From Cetorhinus maximus (taxonomy: Eukaryota), in the NCBI RefSeq assembly GCF_964194155.1, contig NC_135902.1, positions 41,044,001-41,108,000 on the forward strand: DNA of 64,000 nt, written 5' to 3'. Position numbers and translations under genes: made by a program. A model generated the notes under the pieces. That model saw nothing but the letters and a program-made list of their open reading frames with translations. It searched no databases and was not told the origin of the DNA. Positions 24,640 through 36,966 of the stretch are shown piece after piece; positions within the stretch are counted from its first letter, which is position 1; each line of letters opens with the position of its first letter.

Positions 24640-24986
24640 ACATTCTGAAGGGGCCAGATTGTTTCTGCTGGTCGGGGAATCTAAAACACGGGAGCCCCAG
24701 TCTCCGGATAAGGGACTGACTATTTAGGACTGAGATGAGGGGAGATTACTTCACTCAAAGGACTGTGAATCTTTGGAATTCTCTACCCCAGAGGGTTGTG
24801 GATGCTCCATTGTTGAATACATTTATGGCCGGGACAGGCAGATTTTTGGGTTCTCGGGGCATCGGGGGGTACGTGGAGCAGTGGGAAAGTGGGAGTTGAA
24901 GCCCAAGATCAGCCCTGCTCATATTGAACAGCGCAGCAGGCTCAGTGGGCCATATGGTCGCTGTCTGCTCCTACTTCTTGTGTTCT
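24640..24986 (+). mobile_element. CR1-type LINE 3' end
   Basis: TTTAGGACTGAGATGAGG...GTGAATCTTTGGAATTCTCTACCCCAGAGG (LWNSLP) plus 3' tail; similar to 26838-27140. Confidence 0.85.
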
Positions 24987-25219
24987 CATTCTGCCGGCAG
25001 TTTTGTTGATTCACCTTTTTCACAGTGGATTTTCCTACATGATCATTACTCAGGCTCGTGCTCATAGTGGGTTAGCTTCACCAGAAAAAGGGCAAAAATG
25101 AGTAGCACAGGAATTTATGAATTTACCATGTTTTAAATTTCTGTGGCGATGTGGTTATATACACTCAGACGCGCGCACAGACAGACGCACACAGACGTGC
25201 GCGCGTACACACACACACC

Positions 25220-25590
25220 CCTGTGTTCATCACTGGCCTACATTGGTTCCCACTCTGGCAATGCCTGGATTATTAAAATCCTTCCGCAGCCTCGCTTCTC
25301 CCTATCTCCTCCAGCCCCACGACCCTCCGAAATATCCAAGTTCCTCCGACCCGCTGGTACATCCCTAGTTTTCATCGTTCAGTCATTGGCGGCCGTGCGT
25401 TTAGCTGCGTCAGCTCTGGAATTTCCTCTGGAAAAACCGCCCTCTCCCTCCCTCCATCCTTTAAGATGCTCCTTTAAAATCGACCTCTTCAGCTGCCTGT
25501 CCTAAGATTTCCTTGTGCGGCTTGGTGTAAAATTTTGTGAAGCGCTGTGGGACGGTGCCCAATGTTAACGGTGTTGTATAAATGCAAACT
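25220..25590 (+). mobile_element. L2-type LINE 3' end
   Basis: CTACATTGGTTCCC (LHW.P), CTCTGGAATT and tail GTGAAGCGC...TATAAATGCAA; similar to 35906-36250. Confidence 0.75.
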
Positions 25591-26837
25591 GCTCAGGGAA
25601 GTGAGTTGAGGCTGGAATCATTAAAAATGTTAAGAGAAGATTGGGTGGATGCTTGGTCAGATAATCAATTGAGGGATCTAGTCAGCCAAGTGTGTTCTAC
25701 GTTGTGAATTCTTGACCCAGCCAATGAGTTGAATGTGTTCCTTGTTGTAGTAACAGCTGTCAGCTCTTCTCCTGCACTGGTAGAAAGGAATGATCCATGT
25801 GCAGGACTTGTGGCAGCTCTGAACACATGTGCTCCTCTTTAGAAGATTTAACTTTGATGTAGCACTCCACACATCTTGGATGCTGGATTTCATCAAACCC
25901 CGGGCCCTGTGCTCGTAGGAACGGGTTTATTTTTCTCTTCAAGTCATTCTCCAATGGAGAAATGAAACAAATCTGAAGAAAATTCTCCAGATGTTCCTGC
26001 TGCAGCCACAATGATCGCAAAGAGGAGAGAGAATGGTGCAAATCTTCATGTGCATGTGCGTGTGTTTCGAGGTACTGGTGTCAGAATTTTCGGCTTGCCT
26101 CTCGGGCAGTAATCAGGGAGCAATACAAATACATTTAAAGTGACAGCCACAGGGGGAGTACCCAATTGGAAAAGCCAACATGAATCTCACTTGAAATTCA
26201 CTGAAAGGGCACCCGCTCATTGAGCCAACCTGCTTCTTGGCTGCTTGACTGTCCCCTGCTCTTCCCAACATTGGTGTTTGACTCCTTGCCACCCAAGTTG
26301 ACACAAGGCCTTAATGGTTGATTTATAGGAGCTTATGGCCAGTTCCCTAAATAGCAAAGTTGATGGTCTTCACTGGTCTAGATCTGTTGTAAACACCTTG
26401 ACGGGTTTAGCAGAAGTGGTAACTTAACAGGGGCAGCAGTTAGGGACAGTTCAAGGCTGTCCTCACCGCTACAGAGCCAAAATCTCCAAACCCACCCCCC
26501 CCCCCACCCCCCACCCCCCCCACTCTCCACCAACCACCAGACTGCCGACTACGAGGCGCGATTCAAATAAACAAAGTAGTTGTGTTGCGGATTCTATGGT
26601 GTGATGACGTTTAACCTGCTGGGGAATGCAGTAGTACTGGCTGGTGTGGGTAGATATAATGCGGCTGCTGGACTTGTACAGCCTGAGTGTGATGTCCTGA
26701 GAGTCAGTAACAACTGACTCAACTACTGGAGAGTGAGGGTGAGTCTGGTCAGGACCCATCTCAAATCTCTTCCCGCAGCCCCCTCTCTGGTGGGTACTGC
26801 TTCACAGTACATGGGATTTCATGAGTTCTAGAAGAGG

Positions 26838-27140
26838 AACTAGGGGGCACTGTTTTAAAATTAGGGGTCGCTCTTTAGGACAGAGATGAGAAGAATTTTT
26901 CTCGGAGGCTTGTGCGACTTTGGAACTCTCTGCCTCAGAAGGTGGTGGAGGCGGGGGCATTGAATATTTTTAAGGCAGAGGTAGATAGATTCTTGTTAGG
27001 CAAGGGATTCAAAGGTTGTTGGGGGTAGTTGGGAATGCGGAATTCGAAACACATGAAGATTAGCCATGATCTTATTGAATGGCGGAGCAGGCTCGAGGGG
27101 CCGAATGGTCTACTCCGGCTCCTATTTCTCATGTTCTTAG
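26838..27140 (+). mobile_element. CR1-type LINE 3' end (relatively young)
   Basis: ACTAGGGGGCAC...TTTGGAACTCTCTGCCTCAGAAGG...GAATGGCGGAGCAGGCTCGAGGGGCCGAATGGTCTACTCC. Confidence 0.9.
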
Positions 27141-27920
27141 GATGTCTGAAGCTACCTCGCCAACTGCTCAAATTGTCATCCCGCCTGGATTTTCCTGGAA
27201 TCCCCAGGGATTAAAGACTGACCTTCAGCAAGCTGCCTTGTGGAAGAAGCAGGAAAGGAATAGGAGATGGGTTGGAGGTGGTTTGAAAGTTTGGCGAGAC
27301 AGGACGTGTCAGGAGACCAATGGTGACAGCTCGGGAGAGGTTGTGCAATGAAATCCCCTGTAATATGTCCAATGCAATTTTATTGCCTGGACCCTAGACA
27401 CTGAATACCTGATCCTGTCCTCGACTGGAATGCCTCTTTCAGTGAATGATCAGGAGTGGGAACCTCAGCTAATTGAACCCTGAGGCTTTCCTGTGTTGTG
27501 TGGCTCAGAATCACATAAAGCATGATTAACCCAGTGAACTATTGGTGGAGCTAATGTTTTACTGTTGGGAATAATTATCTTAAAAGTTATACATACAGAA
27601 GCTGCACCGGTCCCTGAACCTTTTGTAAATGGCATTAAGCACATAGACAAGCTTAGGAGCTGGAGATTCCGGCTTTATATTTCAAGAAGGTCTGGGGAAA
27701 TTACAAGGAATCTCATTTCCCATCCCAACCTGACGCAGAATGCATTGGGAATGACTGGACCTCCCCAGTTAGAAACACCTGGAGATCGTGTGTGGCATAA
27801 ACAGAACAAAGCTATGCGCTGTAATCTATTTCTGACTCACTGCACTGACTATATAAGACACCAGTAACAAATTAGCAGAGCAGCCCCCTCATTGAATGTG
27901 ATTTCTATCCTGTGGGGCTT

Positions 27921-27995
27921 CAGCTGTGGCTCAGTTCATAGCACCCTCGCCTTTGAATCAGAGGGTTGTGGGTTCATGTCCCACTCCTGGAAACC
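27921..27995 (+). mobile_element. Isolated tRNA-derived SINE head
   Basis: TGGCTCAGTT (A-box-like) and GGTTCATGTCC (B-box-like); matches the head of 20645-21065. Confidence 0.65.
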
Positions 27996-28289
27996 AAGAA
28001 CTGTGATTGTACTCAAAAGAAGTTGCAATCTGTGACTGTTGGTAACTCGAAAGAGTTTCCTCCTGTGTAGCACTGATCTGTAACCAAGTGTGGGTTTAAG
28101 AAAGGAAGGTCGTGACTTATAGACTTTTTTGGATTTCTTTCTGAGGATAGGTTTGGGTTCGTGGACGATGATGATGATCATGTGGTTGATATCTTGAAGC
28201 TTGATTTGTTTTTTGAGCAAGTGTTTGATAAAACCTCTCACCGGGAGACTTGTGGTTAAAGTAAAGACTCCCGAGATCAAGGAGGGTGT

Positions 28290-28580
28290 TGTCGATTGGA
28301 TGATGAATTGGCTGATTGATGCCACGTACGAGTGGTTTATTATTGGTAGTCGCAATGATTTTATGAAGCTCTGTGGCAGTAAGATCCACGCCCCCTCCCT
28401 CCCCACCCCCACAAACTCCTCGCCCCAGGGATTATCCTGGGATCCCTGCTATTCAAAATATTTACACATGATGGTATTGAGAGCTCGTGTCAACCTTCTC
28501 GTGTTTATAATTGACACTAACTTGTGCGTGAAAGGAAAATCCACAGAGGAAATGGGATACAATTCAAAGCAACTCAGATG
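28290..28580 (+). mobile_element. Old CR1-type RT relic
   Basis: WMMNWL, a frameshifted PQG..LGSLLFKIF.HD, and DTNL (FADDTKL-like) occur in the expected order. Confidence 0.55.
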
Positions 28581-28584
28581 ATAG

Positions 28585-29640
28585 TGTGAAGGGACTAAGA
28601 CCTCAGGCTGTATATTTTTATAAAATATATATAGATATCCTCATGGCTATTTCTAAAATTTGAAAAAACTGGAAAAACAGACCCTTAATATGGCTGAATC
28701 TATGCCTGTCTGTGACCACCCCCCCAAACAAAAGAAGCTACTTGGCAGTATCGGGGGAAAGTCACACATCGTTATCTCTGGACAGCCACTAACGACCCCC
28801 TGTAGGCTGCACAGGCCAAATTCAGTGGGAGCTATACAAAGGCCATCTGCATTTCATAACCTGGGCTGGCCAACAGGAGTCTGCTCACTTGCTAAGACAA
28901 AGGACCCTGCAAACTTCCTTTCAGTTCTTAATGGTTGAGACATTTAACGATCTCTGGGACCCAGACAAAGGAGACACATCCTTTGTCAAAGACAGTGTGG
29001 AGAGGTGGCTCTCTCTAGCTTGTGGAACCAGTGATGAACCTTGCTGAACTGCAAAGCTCAGTCAGCTGGTTACCACCTAGCTGGCAGCCTCAGAGAAAAG
29101 GGGTTCTGCCCAGGCTGAACACCTGACTCCATCTACGCTGCTTCTGCTGGAACCTTTGTACTATCGTCTACAATTTTTATTCATTTCTGCACGCCTGTCT
29201 CATCGTGAAAAGTCAACACCACCGGAAAAGTGAATTATACAGCATTGGTTTTCAACCCGCCGACCTCCGTGAAGGAATACCTCATTGGACTTTGATTCTG
29301 GACTCTGAAACCCACATGATCCAGTATTTATTTTCTCTGTGGTCTCTGCACTGTAAAACCTTCCTTTCTCTATACCTCTCTTTACTGTCTGAGTGTGGAG
29401 GTGACGTTGCGAACCTCCTCCCACGTTTGAGTGTGTGCAAATAAACTAACCCTTTGAGTTCATCCTATCTCAAGTTTGCTTTGGAGTTATTAATAGAAAA
29501 TCGGATCACACCAAAACCGAGGGGTTGGGAAATACACCACCGCTTGTAAAGGGGGAAGCAAAACATCTTTCTGTTTACGGAAGGGTGGTGAGAAGAGATA
29601 TTAAATGCTGTTTAAATTAACCCCCCTCCTGTCCGTAACA
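28585..29640 (+). mobile_element. Solo LTR (1056 bp), Gypsy/ERV type
   Basis: Starts TGTGAAGGGAC and ends GTCCGTAACA (TG...CA with an imperfect short inverted repeat). ATAG lies on both sides (28581-28584, 29641-29644). AATAAA at 29440-29445 sets the orientation. Confidence 0.8.
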
Positions 29641-29829
29641 ATAGTTAAAGGGGTATTCTCGTCTCGGTGGAAATACTGGTCCTTAACTGCTTATTCTATA
29701 ACTAAAACTAATCAAGCTTTAAACCAGGGGCTGGACCACATAAGTTAGGATGGCACATCAGTGTGGTACTGACTGTCTTATAGGTTAAATCAAGGCATGG
29801 GCACGAAGAAAAGAAGGAGAGGCTAGTAC

Positions 29830-30027
29830 TTATGTCCAAGATAACATTTATCCCTCAGTCAGCATCATTAACCAGTCTTTTACTGCTTGGGACCGTGCTG
29901 TGTGCAAATTAGCTGTGGTGATTCCTACACAACAGTTTTTGTACTTCAGATGCAATTCATTGCTGTAAAGCTCCTCTGAGATATCCTGGGGATGTGAAAG
30001 GTACTATATAAATGCCAAGTCCTTTCC
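29830..30027 (+). mobile_element. Deu-domain SINE 3' half
   Basis: CATTTATCCCTCA...GCTGTGTGCAAATTAGCTG...GTGAAAGGTACTATATAAATGC. Confidence 0.7.
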
Positions 30028-30882
30028 TGCTAATAATGGAATATATATCAACATGAATCACTTCTAGCCCAGAGAGTGAACTGATAACCTTTCTGGACAG
30101 GAGGAAGAACATTTTTAAACAGCAGAAGATTTGAATGTAGCTGTTGCCTACAGAGTAACCGTGTAGATAACCTGGTCAGCAGCGGTTTTAAGGGAGGTAG
30201 TTAAATGCACGAGGTGGATCTGTGATGTTGGAATGTGTTGAACTGAGCCCGTTTTTTTGGCCAGCTGAGGAAGGAAGGGGAGATGGTTGTATATTTCAGA
30301 TCATTGAGGTGCGAGGATTGTCTTTGGGTTTGGCATGTGTTTGGAACAGGACAGGTTCATTTAGCCCATTTGCTCCACAGACTGTGCTCTGGTAAAAGGA
30401 AAGAGGGCAGAGGCAGGGGGTGAGGACAGACAGGGGAAAAGGCTTTTATTTTTCTTTAAACAGGTCTATGTGGAAGTATCTATATTGTTGACCTTTAATT
30501 GATTGCAGAAGGCAACAGGAAAATTAATACAATCTGCTAAAGGGAGTTAGAGGACTGAATTGGTGTTTGTTAATTGGAGGTTTGTGTTGAACTGCATTTA
30601 CAATTCACATCATGCACAGACTATTCTGTGGAAACTATTTGGGGCAGTCGCACTGCATGGAACCATTTGCCTTCCAGGAAATCGTCCATTACTGTTAAAA
30701 AGGATTATAAGAAATTATAGGGAGATAAGTTCTTATCAATATTACACTATGAATTCCTGATAAGGAAAAGGTTACTGATAGGTGAAAAGTGAAACAGTCT
30801 TGATGAAACGGACAATTACTTAGCAGGAATTGACTGTATTTGGCTCCGGGAATTATGTTGTCCTGCTTCCAGTTTTAATCTT

Positions 30883-30900
30883 GCACACTAGATGGCAGTA
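30883..30900 (+). promoter_or_regulatory. CTCF-like motif
   Basis: GCACACTAGATGGCAGTA is close to the consensus CCACTAGATGGCAG and lies in non-repeat DNA. Confidence 0.4.
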
Positions 30901-31249
30901 AACCCCTACGCATGAAGCTGAAACCATCTGACCTGCTGCTGCTGCTGCACTCAATTAAGCAGGCTGACGTACAGACTCCCTGTTGTAGTACACATGGGTT
31001 TTGTTGGAGACTTGGACTAAGTCCTGCTGATACCTAATAAGTCCAAAAAACCTTTAGCATAGCATTTCATTGCACCCGTCTTAATCTTTTTAATAAATTT
31101 ATCACAGTCTTGACTAACCTGTGTTTAGAAGTGCAATATTTCAATATTAATTTAATTCTCATTGCCGTAATATGTAATTAAAAACATAAAGCGCCAAAAG
31201 AGCACTGGGGTTCACTTCTCGAGGAGCAGAATTCAAAAGCAGTGAAGCT

Positions 31250-31892
31250 AGGTTAAACTTGAATGGGTTCTCGGTTGGAGCGCGCTTTAGAGCACTCTGC
31301 ACAGTTCTGGCCTTCATATAACAAAAATGGTTTGGAGGCACTGGATCACAATGCCAGAAAGATTTATAAGCATGGCAGTTGTACCTTCTCAGCTCTGCCA
31401 TCAGGGAAGACTAAACGGGCTGGGACTCTTCTCCAGAAAGGAAAAGACTGGTAGACGGTATGATTGAGGCCTTTTAAAACTGGGAGATGGTTTAAAAGGA
31501 TAGACATAGGGAAGATACCCATTTGTGAGGGGACCCCAAAAGTGGGAAACACCAACATCCAGGACGCTGAAAATAGGACATGCTTGGGAGTATTCAACAG
31601 GTCAGTGGAGAGAGAAACAGAGATAACATTTCAAGTTGGTAATCATTTGTCAGAACATCATTGCACAATGATTACTAATAAATTCAGTAAAGAATATCTT
31701 CTTTACACCAGAGTCGTGAGAATGTGCCACATGAGTTGCTGAGATGCATTTACAGGGAAGCTCGATGAGTACATGGGGGAGAGAGGAAAAGAAGCCCATG
31801 TTAACAGGGCGAACTGAAGTAATTGTGGGACGGGATCATGGATAGCAGAATCACTGGCTGAATGGCCTGTTCCAGTGCTGTAAATTTGATGT
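31250..31892 (+). mobile_element. Old CR1-type LINE 3' part with a nested insertion
   Basis: LEHSAQFWPSYNK..LEAL (LEYCVQFWSP-like) and 3' tail GGCTGAATGGCCTGTTCCAGTGCTGT. Confidence 0.75.
31560..31656. mobile_element. Penelope-like terminal-repeat fragment nested in CR1
   Basis: ATTCAACAGGTCAGTGGAGAGAGAAACAGAGATAACATTTCA matches 53011-53072. The Penelope assignment is from recall. Confidence 0.55.
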
Positions 31893-33025
31893 AAAACCAA
31901 GCTATATCAGTTTCCTTGCCAGCATTTCAAACCAGGAAAGTATATGCAGTCAAAAAAAATCTCGTCCCTTCAACCAAGTAACTTTTCATGGACCCTCAGC
32001 AATACCTGCAGTTTTCCAATCGGTCTGCTTTATTTTACATATTACCAGTTCAGAGTTGAAGTTCTGCGTTTTGCTCTTGAACTGGTTGGGCGAATGGGGG
32101 CGGGGGAGAAAGTGTCAGTCCCTTGCTCTAATTGGTTAGATTTTTCAAAGCGCTGGCACAGGCACGATGGGTGGAATGGTTTTGATCTGTGGTTTCTTCA
32201 GGGAAACATGATGCCTGTTTTTTGAAAAGCTTTGCAGAGGCTGTTAGCTATTGACTAAATTATGTACCTGTGAAGCTTAGCAATACTGACTCCTTGGTAC
32301 CTTTTTTAAAAAGGCTAAACCATTTGAGGGATGTTGTGATGAGGGGGATTGAGAAACCGGCAACATTAACAGTAACTAAAGGTTGAGGAATCCACCGGTA
32401 GCGACTTTATCACTTGAAAATTCAGTGCCTTTTTATTATGGGTTTAAATGATTCTGTGTAAATACCATTGCAGAACAAAATCCCATCATGTTTAAGACGT
32501 AGCATAAAATCGAGGGTTAATAGAAAAGAACAGAAAAGGTGGATGAAGACATTTTATGTATGTTTAACACTGACAGCATTGAAATTCAAATTCTATTCTA
32601 AAATGCAACGAGCTTGTTTCCTTTTTTTCTGATGCCTCGCAGAGTTAGGTTTGCCGATTTGGACTGTGGTACAACTGTTATTGATTGATAAGCCCGAATT
32701 GTGAGAGTGAAGCAAATCCTGGGTTTATTGCCCTGATGCTCCAGGAGAAGGTTGTCTCTTGCTGACCCCCGTTCCTGTCCACCCTGGAGATGGTGCTATC
32801 CATTTCAGGCACTCATGTCACACTCTGGTTCACTTCCAGGAAAATTGAATTCTAACCCCCTCCCCCCACAACCCCTCTCGAGTTCCTTTCCAGGAATCCT
32901 TTTGGGATTCTTGCTGGACTATGAGGAGCATCTGCAGAGCTGTAATGAGATACAACTAGATTGTAGTACTGCAGTGTGCCTCAAGGATTATACTGCACCC
33001 AAATTCGCTGTGGAAGAAGAACATT

Positions 33026-33740
33026 GGCTGGGACTTAATGTAGGCGATGGGGGAGTCTGGCCCCCGGTTATAGAACTGGCCAAGGCCCACATCACTTTTC
33101 TCCGAGAGGCCTGGCGTGGATTAATTCCAATCATGTGCTTGCCTGGGCAGCATTGGGCCTCTGGTCCGATTTTAAGCCCCCAGTCGGGCAGAAATCCTGT
33201 CCCACCCCCACCCCCGAGAGCTGTTGGCCAATCAGAGGCCAGCAACTCTGCAGCAGCACTGGCAGCGCCACTGGGATTGGGAGCCACTGCCAGTCCGACA
33301 GCGGGGCCTTCACCCGGTATCACCTGATGGATCTCTGGAGAGAGGTGGCTGTGGGTGGGGAGGGGAGTTGCCAGCGAGAGGGGCTGGAGGGTAGTTGGAA
33401 AGAAGAGCATGAGTGGCTCTCTGTGCAGCTCCCCCCTCCCCAATGCTGGGCCCCTTGATCGGTCACTCAGTAGGCCGCTGCCCAGACTCACAGTTTGAGG
33501 CTTCCCTGGTTGAATAAACAAGGTGGTGGGATGAGACCCTTAAGTGCTCCTCAAGTACCCATTAGCGCCTCATTGGCCTCTGGGTGAGAAGGCTGCCCAC
33601 AAGCCTTCCCTCCCTAGACTTCATTGGAGGGAGATGGGTGGAAGAAGAAAGATGGTGCGTTCTCCACCCTGTACCCTCCCACTCTAATACACAACCCCCC
33701 CATCCCTGAACTCGCCAGGGGGTGGCTTAAAGTTCCTCCC
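33026..33740. mobile_element. Old GC-rich non-autonomous DNA element (Harbinger-like)
   Basis: Imperfect TIRs GGCTGGGACTTAA...TAAAGTTCCTCCCC. Its GGCCAATCAGAGGCC.GCA block has reverse-strand counterparts near 55110 and 63045. Confidence 0.45.
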
Positions 33741-34377
33741 CTTGTGTTCTATAGAAGGGTAGAAGGGGATGAGGAGTGAGGATTGTATTGGTTATATAAA
33801 ATTGGGCTGTGAGGAACCCTTAAGTAATGTTCATGCCGAGGTGGTGGTTCAATGCTGCGATTATATTGCAATTGTAACTGGACATTGTAATTGGGGCCCA
33901 GCCCAACACTGAAGCAAGGGGTCTGCTCTTTGTTTTGGAGTCTGTTCTGCACCTTGCACTCCATTTACACTCTATTAGTGTGAGATTGCATTCTGAGGAA
34001 TTGTAAAGCGAGTCTGGGCAAACTGATGACCACAAGGAAGTGGTTTTGCTCGTCTACCCTGACACCTGAATATTTGGGCTTCTAGTCCATGTCTCTCTCC
34101 ACATTGTTATTTTCCCCTCTGCCCCTCCCTGTGGCCACCCCCCATTCCCCCCCATTCCCCCCCACCCCACCAACCCCCCACTCACCCACTCCTGCCCTTT
34201 TAATTTTCGATGGGTGCTTGCTGTTTTGCAAAGGCTGTGCAGATTTTCCAGGCTTCCGATGTTGATGGGGAGATTTACGGGATCTATGCTTGCTCAAGTT
34301 CAAGTGCAAAATGTGTTGAAGGCAGCTCTCCAGCTTGAGTTTGGCTGGCTCCAGTTTGTTCTAGTTGAGGAGCTCAC

Positions 34378-34990
34378 CATGATTTCCTGCACGTCTGTAC
34401 ATGGCTATCAGCTGATCGGAGTGCGAGAGAGCTGCTCTGATCTCTCTGCACTCCAGTCAGAAGCAGGCTATCAGTTTTCACTCTCATTACCTTTCACCTT
34501 TTTCTCTTGCCCAAACCTCTGTGCTACCTTCTTTTTTTTTTGCCCTCCTTTTCTCTCTCCCTCTCTCTCTCTCTCTCTCTTTGCCAGCACGTCTGCCTTT
34601 GTTCACTTTGTAAAGAAACTTGTGTAGCTAGCATATTGAGTTGGTCTTGTGTTTGCACAGTTGGACTTTCTCTCTGATCTTTATCTCCCCTCCTTTTGCT
34701 GCAAAAAAATCTTCCTGCTTCCCCTTTATCCATTTTAAAAAAAAAAATATATAGTTCACTTTCATAGCGCTCGGTTTTATTTTAAAACTGTTGATTGTGT
34801 TTGGCAAACAAGCATTCCCACATCCTCCGTTTGAGATTCCTGATCCTGCCTGCCACTTGAAACCCACGCTGGCTGAGGGAGCTCTTGCTAATCTAGTGTA
34901 AATCTGTGAATTCATCTCCTCCCCATGGCTGTGCAGCACAGAAACAAACTGACCTCACAATCACCTTACCAGCTGCCCTCGGCCAATCAC
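34378..34990 (-). promoter_or_regulatory. Candidate minus-strand promoter and first exon
   Basis: CCAAT box at 34983-34987 next to a GC-rich patch, a purine-rich leader on the minus strand, GCCATG at 34402 and donor ATG|GTGAGC after 34378. Inference only. Confidence 0.25.
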
Positions 34991-35649
34991 CGCGCCCCAT
35001 GCTTATCTTTCCATTGATCTACTTTGATGAAAGGAAAGGCCTGTTTGTCTACTTGGTGCACTTTTATTATGGCAGATGCCTTTTCTTATAAATTTAAAGG
35101 AATATGTCGGGTTAAAGGTTCCAAAGCACACCTTAAGATCTCATAATACTTACTTTGCTGTGTTGCAGTTTTCATTTCAGCACCAACGTTTTGTCATTTG
35201 TTAAGTGAACTCTGAAAAGCTTAATTGGTAGGTTATAGCATAGTCCGCACGCATGCAAAGCGTATACTTTTTCAATCGGAGCAAAAGGTTTTTAAAAAAT
35301 ATTGTATCCAGTAGCCCCAAGCTTCACCTCGTGCTCTCGTTGTAACCCTGTGAATGCTGCATGTCTTCTGCAGTTCCATGATCAGCATTGCTTTGGAAAG
35401 GGGAGATCACTAGATGTGCTGTCAGCCTCTTTCTTTCATGTCTCCCTAGTTAGGGCTGCACCTCTCTGGATCTGTCCCTTCAGTGGAGGAGATGGTCAAC
35501 AAACTGATCATTCTCTATGGTATGAATTCCCCACCAGTGGAACAGAAGCACCAACTGTTGGTAGCACTTGGGTGACATGTGGGCCCGCGTCTTGTGGCAC
35601 CCCCAAGCCATACAAATCAGGAAGGCTCTGGGTCCTGAGCTAGCTGGAC

Positions 35650-35905
35650 AGCAGTTAGTGTGTCACTCTTGGCTTCAGCAAAGGGGATAATTCAGCCATG
35701 GTTCCTGCTTTAGATTGTTATCCAATGACGTTGGGTGAGCACCCTGCCTGGCTTGGCTGTGACGGTTCCTGGAGGCGAGTAGCTTGCTGGCTCTCGTTGT
35801 CTAGGCTTCCGACTGAAGAATGAGCAGTTGGGCAAGACAGTGAAGAGCTTACCTGTCTCATGGAACCAAAACCAAAGAATCATGTTGTCTACAAAAGATG
35901 GAGGA
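35650..35905 (+). mobile_element. Ancient unassigned SINE-like repeat
   Basis: The core TTCAGCCATGGTTCCTGCT is similar to blocks at about 57540 and 62340. Confidence 0.45.
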
Positions 35906-36250
35906 GCCTCATCCTTGTTTTAAAATCCCTCCATTGCCTTCTCCCTCCCCCTCCATCTCTGTAATCTCGTCAAGCCCTACAACCCTCTAAGATACCTGTA
36001 ATCTGTTTAAGCATCCCTGATATTAATTGCTCCACCATTGGTGGCTAAGCCTTCAGTTGTCTAGGCCCTATGCTCTGGAGTTCCCTCCTTTTAAAACTTT
36101 CCATCCCTCTACCTCACTTCCTCCTTAAAGACTCTCCTTTGACCAAGCTTTTGGCCACGTATCCCAACATCTCCTTATATGGCTCAGTCTCCCAAGGCTC
36201 CTGCGAAATGCCTTGAGATGCTTTATTATGTTATGGGTGCTTTATGAATA
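35906..36250 (+). mobile_element. L2-type LINE 3' end
   Basis: CTCATCCTTGTTTTAAAATCCCTCCAT...CTCTGGAGTTCCCTCC...TTTGACCAAGCTTTTGG; paralogous to 25220-25590. Confidence 0.75.
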
Positions 36251-36785
36251 CAGAGGGGGGAGAAAAACAAAACTTAGCAAAGGTATATTTTCTTCTAAGC
36301 ATAAACAAGGTCAAAAATGACCTGGGCATCTTGATTCCATGGAGCTTTAAAACGATATGAGCAACATCCCACGAGCGCCCAAAGCTTTCACAGATGAATC
36401 TGAAACTTTGGAATTTTCTGAGACAGCTCTTTCCCGGCCTCCCCCAACTACCCCCTACCCCCCTCATGTGGATGTTGAGGCCTTGCGAGAGATGCAGGAG
36501 CAGACTAATATGGTGAGAGGTGCTGAGCGAACATGGTGCTGCAGAACATTGGGAGACTGAGACTGGAGTGAAGGCAGGCCATGGAGAACAACTACCTGTG
36601 AATTCGACCATTTTTAGTGGCCGTGTGAGAGTGTTAGCGCTATTTTACTGTACTGACTTTGAACACTTAATGGGGTGGGGGAGGGAAACGCAAGGGCAAC
36701 CCTAGGGCACCTAATAGTCTCGCACTGGGCCCTGCTTCCCACTTGCCTTTGTTGGAAGCCCACGGCCTGACTGATGGTTCACATT

Positions 36786-36966
36786 TGATTGGCTGCCAAA
36801 GCAGCAGCAAAATAAGAGAACTAGTCGAGGGGAGGCTGTGGGAGACGCACGGGAGTCCAGAGTTGACAGGTTGAAGTGCACAGCTGGAACGTGAGGCTGG
36901 AGGATATCGCAAGGGGTGGGGGCGGGATTTGAGAATTTTGGTTGCATTGGTGAACAGCAAGTGAGT
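36786..36966 (+). promoter_or_regulatory. Candidate + strand alternative promoter / non-coding first exon
   Basis: TGATTGGC (CCAAT box) at 36786, a G-rich leader, GGGGCGGG near 36918 and donor CAA|GTGAGT at 36960/36961. Confidence 0.25.

Noticed and set aside
27921-27995. tRNA-like sequence
   Set aside because: The boxes are degenerate, I see no complete cloverleaf, and it matches the SINE head.
32752-33521. Overlapping 191-aa and 177-aa ORFs
   Set aside because: They lie largely in a GC-rich decayed DNA element and contain no recognisable domain.
36308-36323. AGGTCA-N4-TGACCT as an estrogen response element
   Set aside because: The spacer is 4 nt, whereas the canonical ERE has 3.
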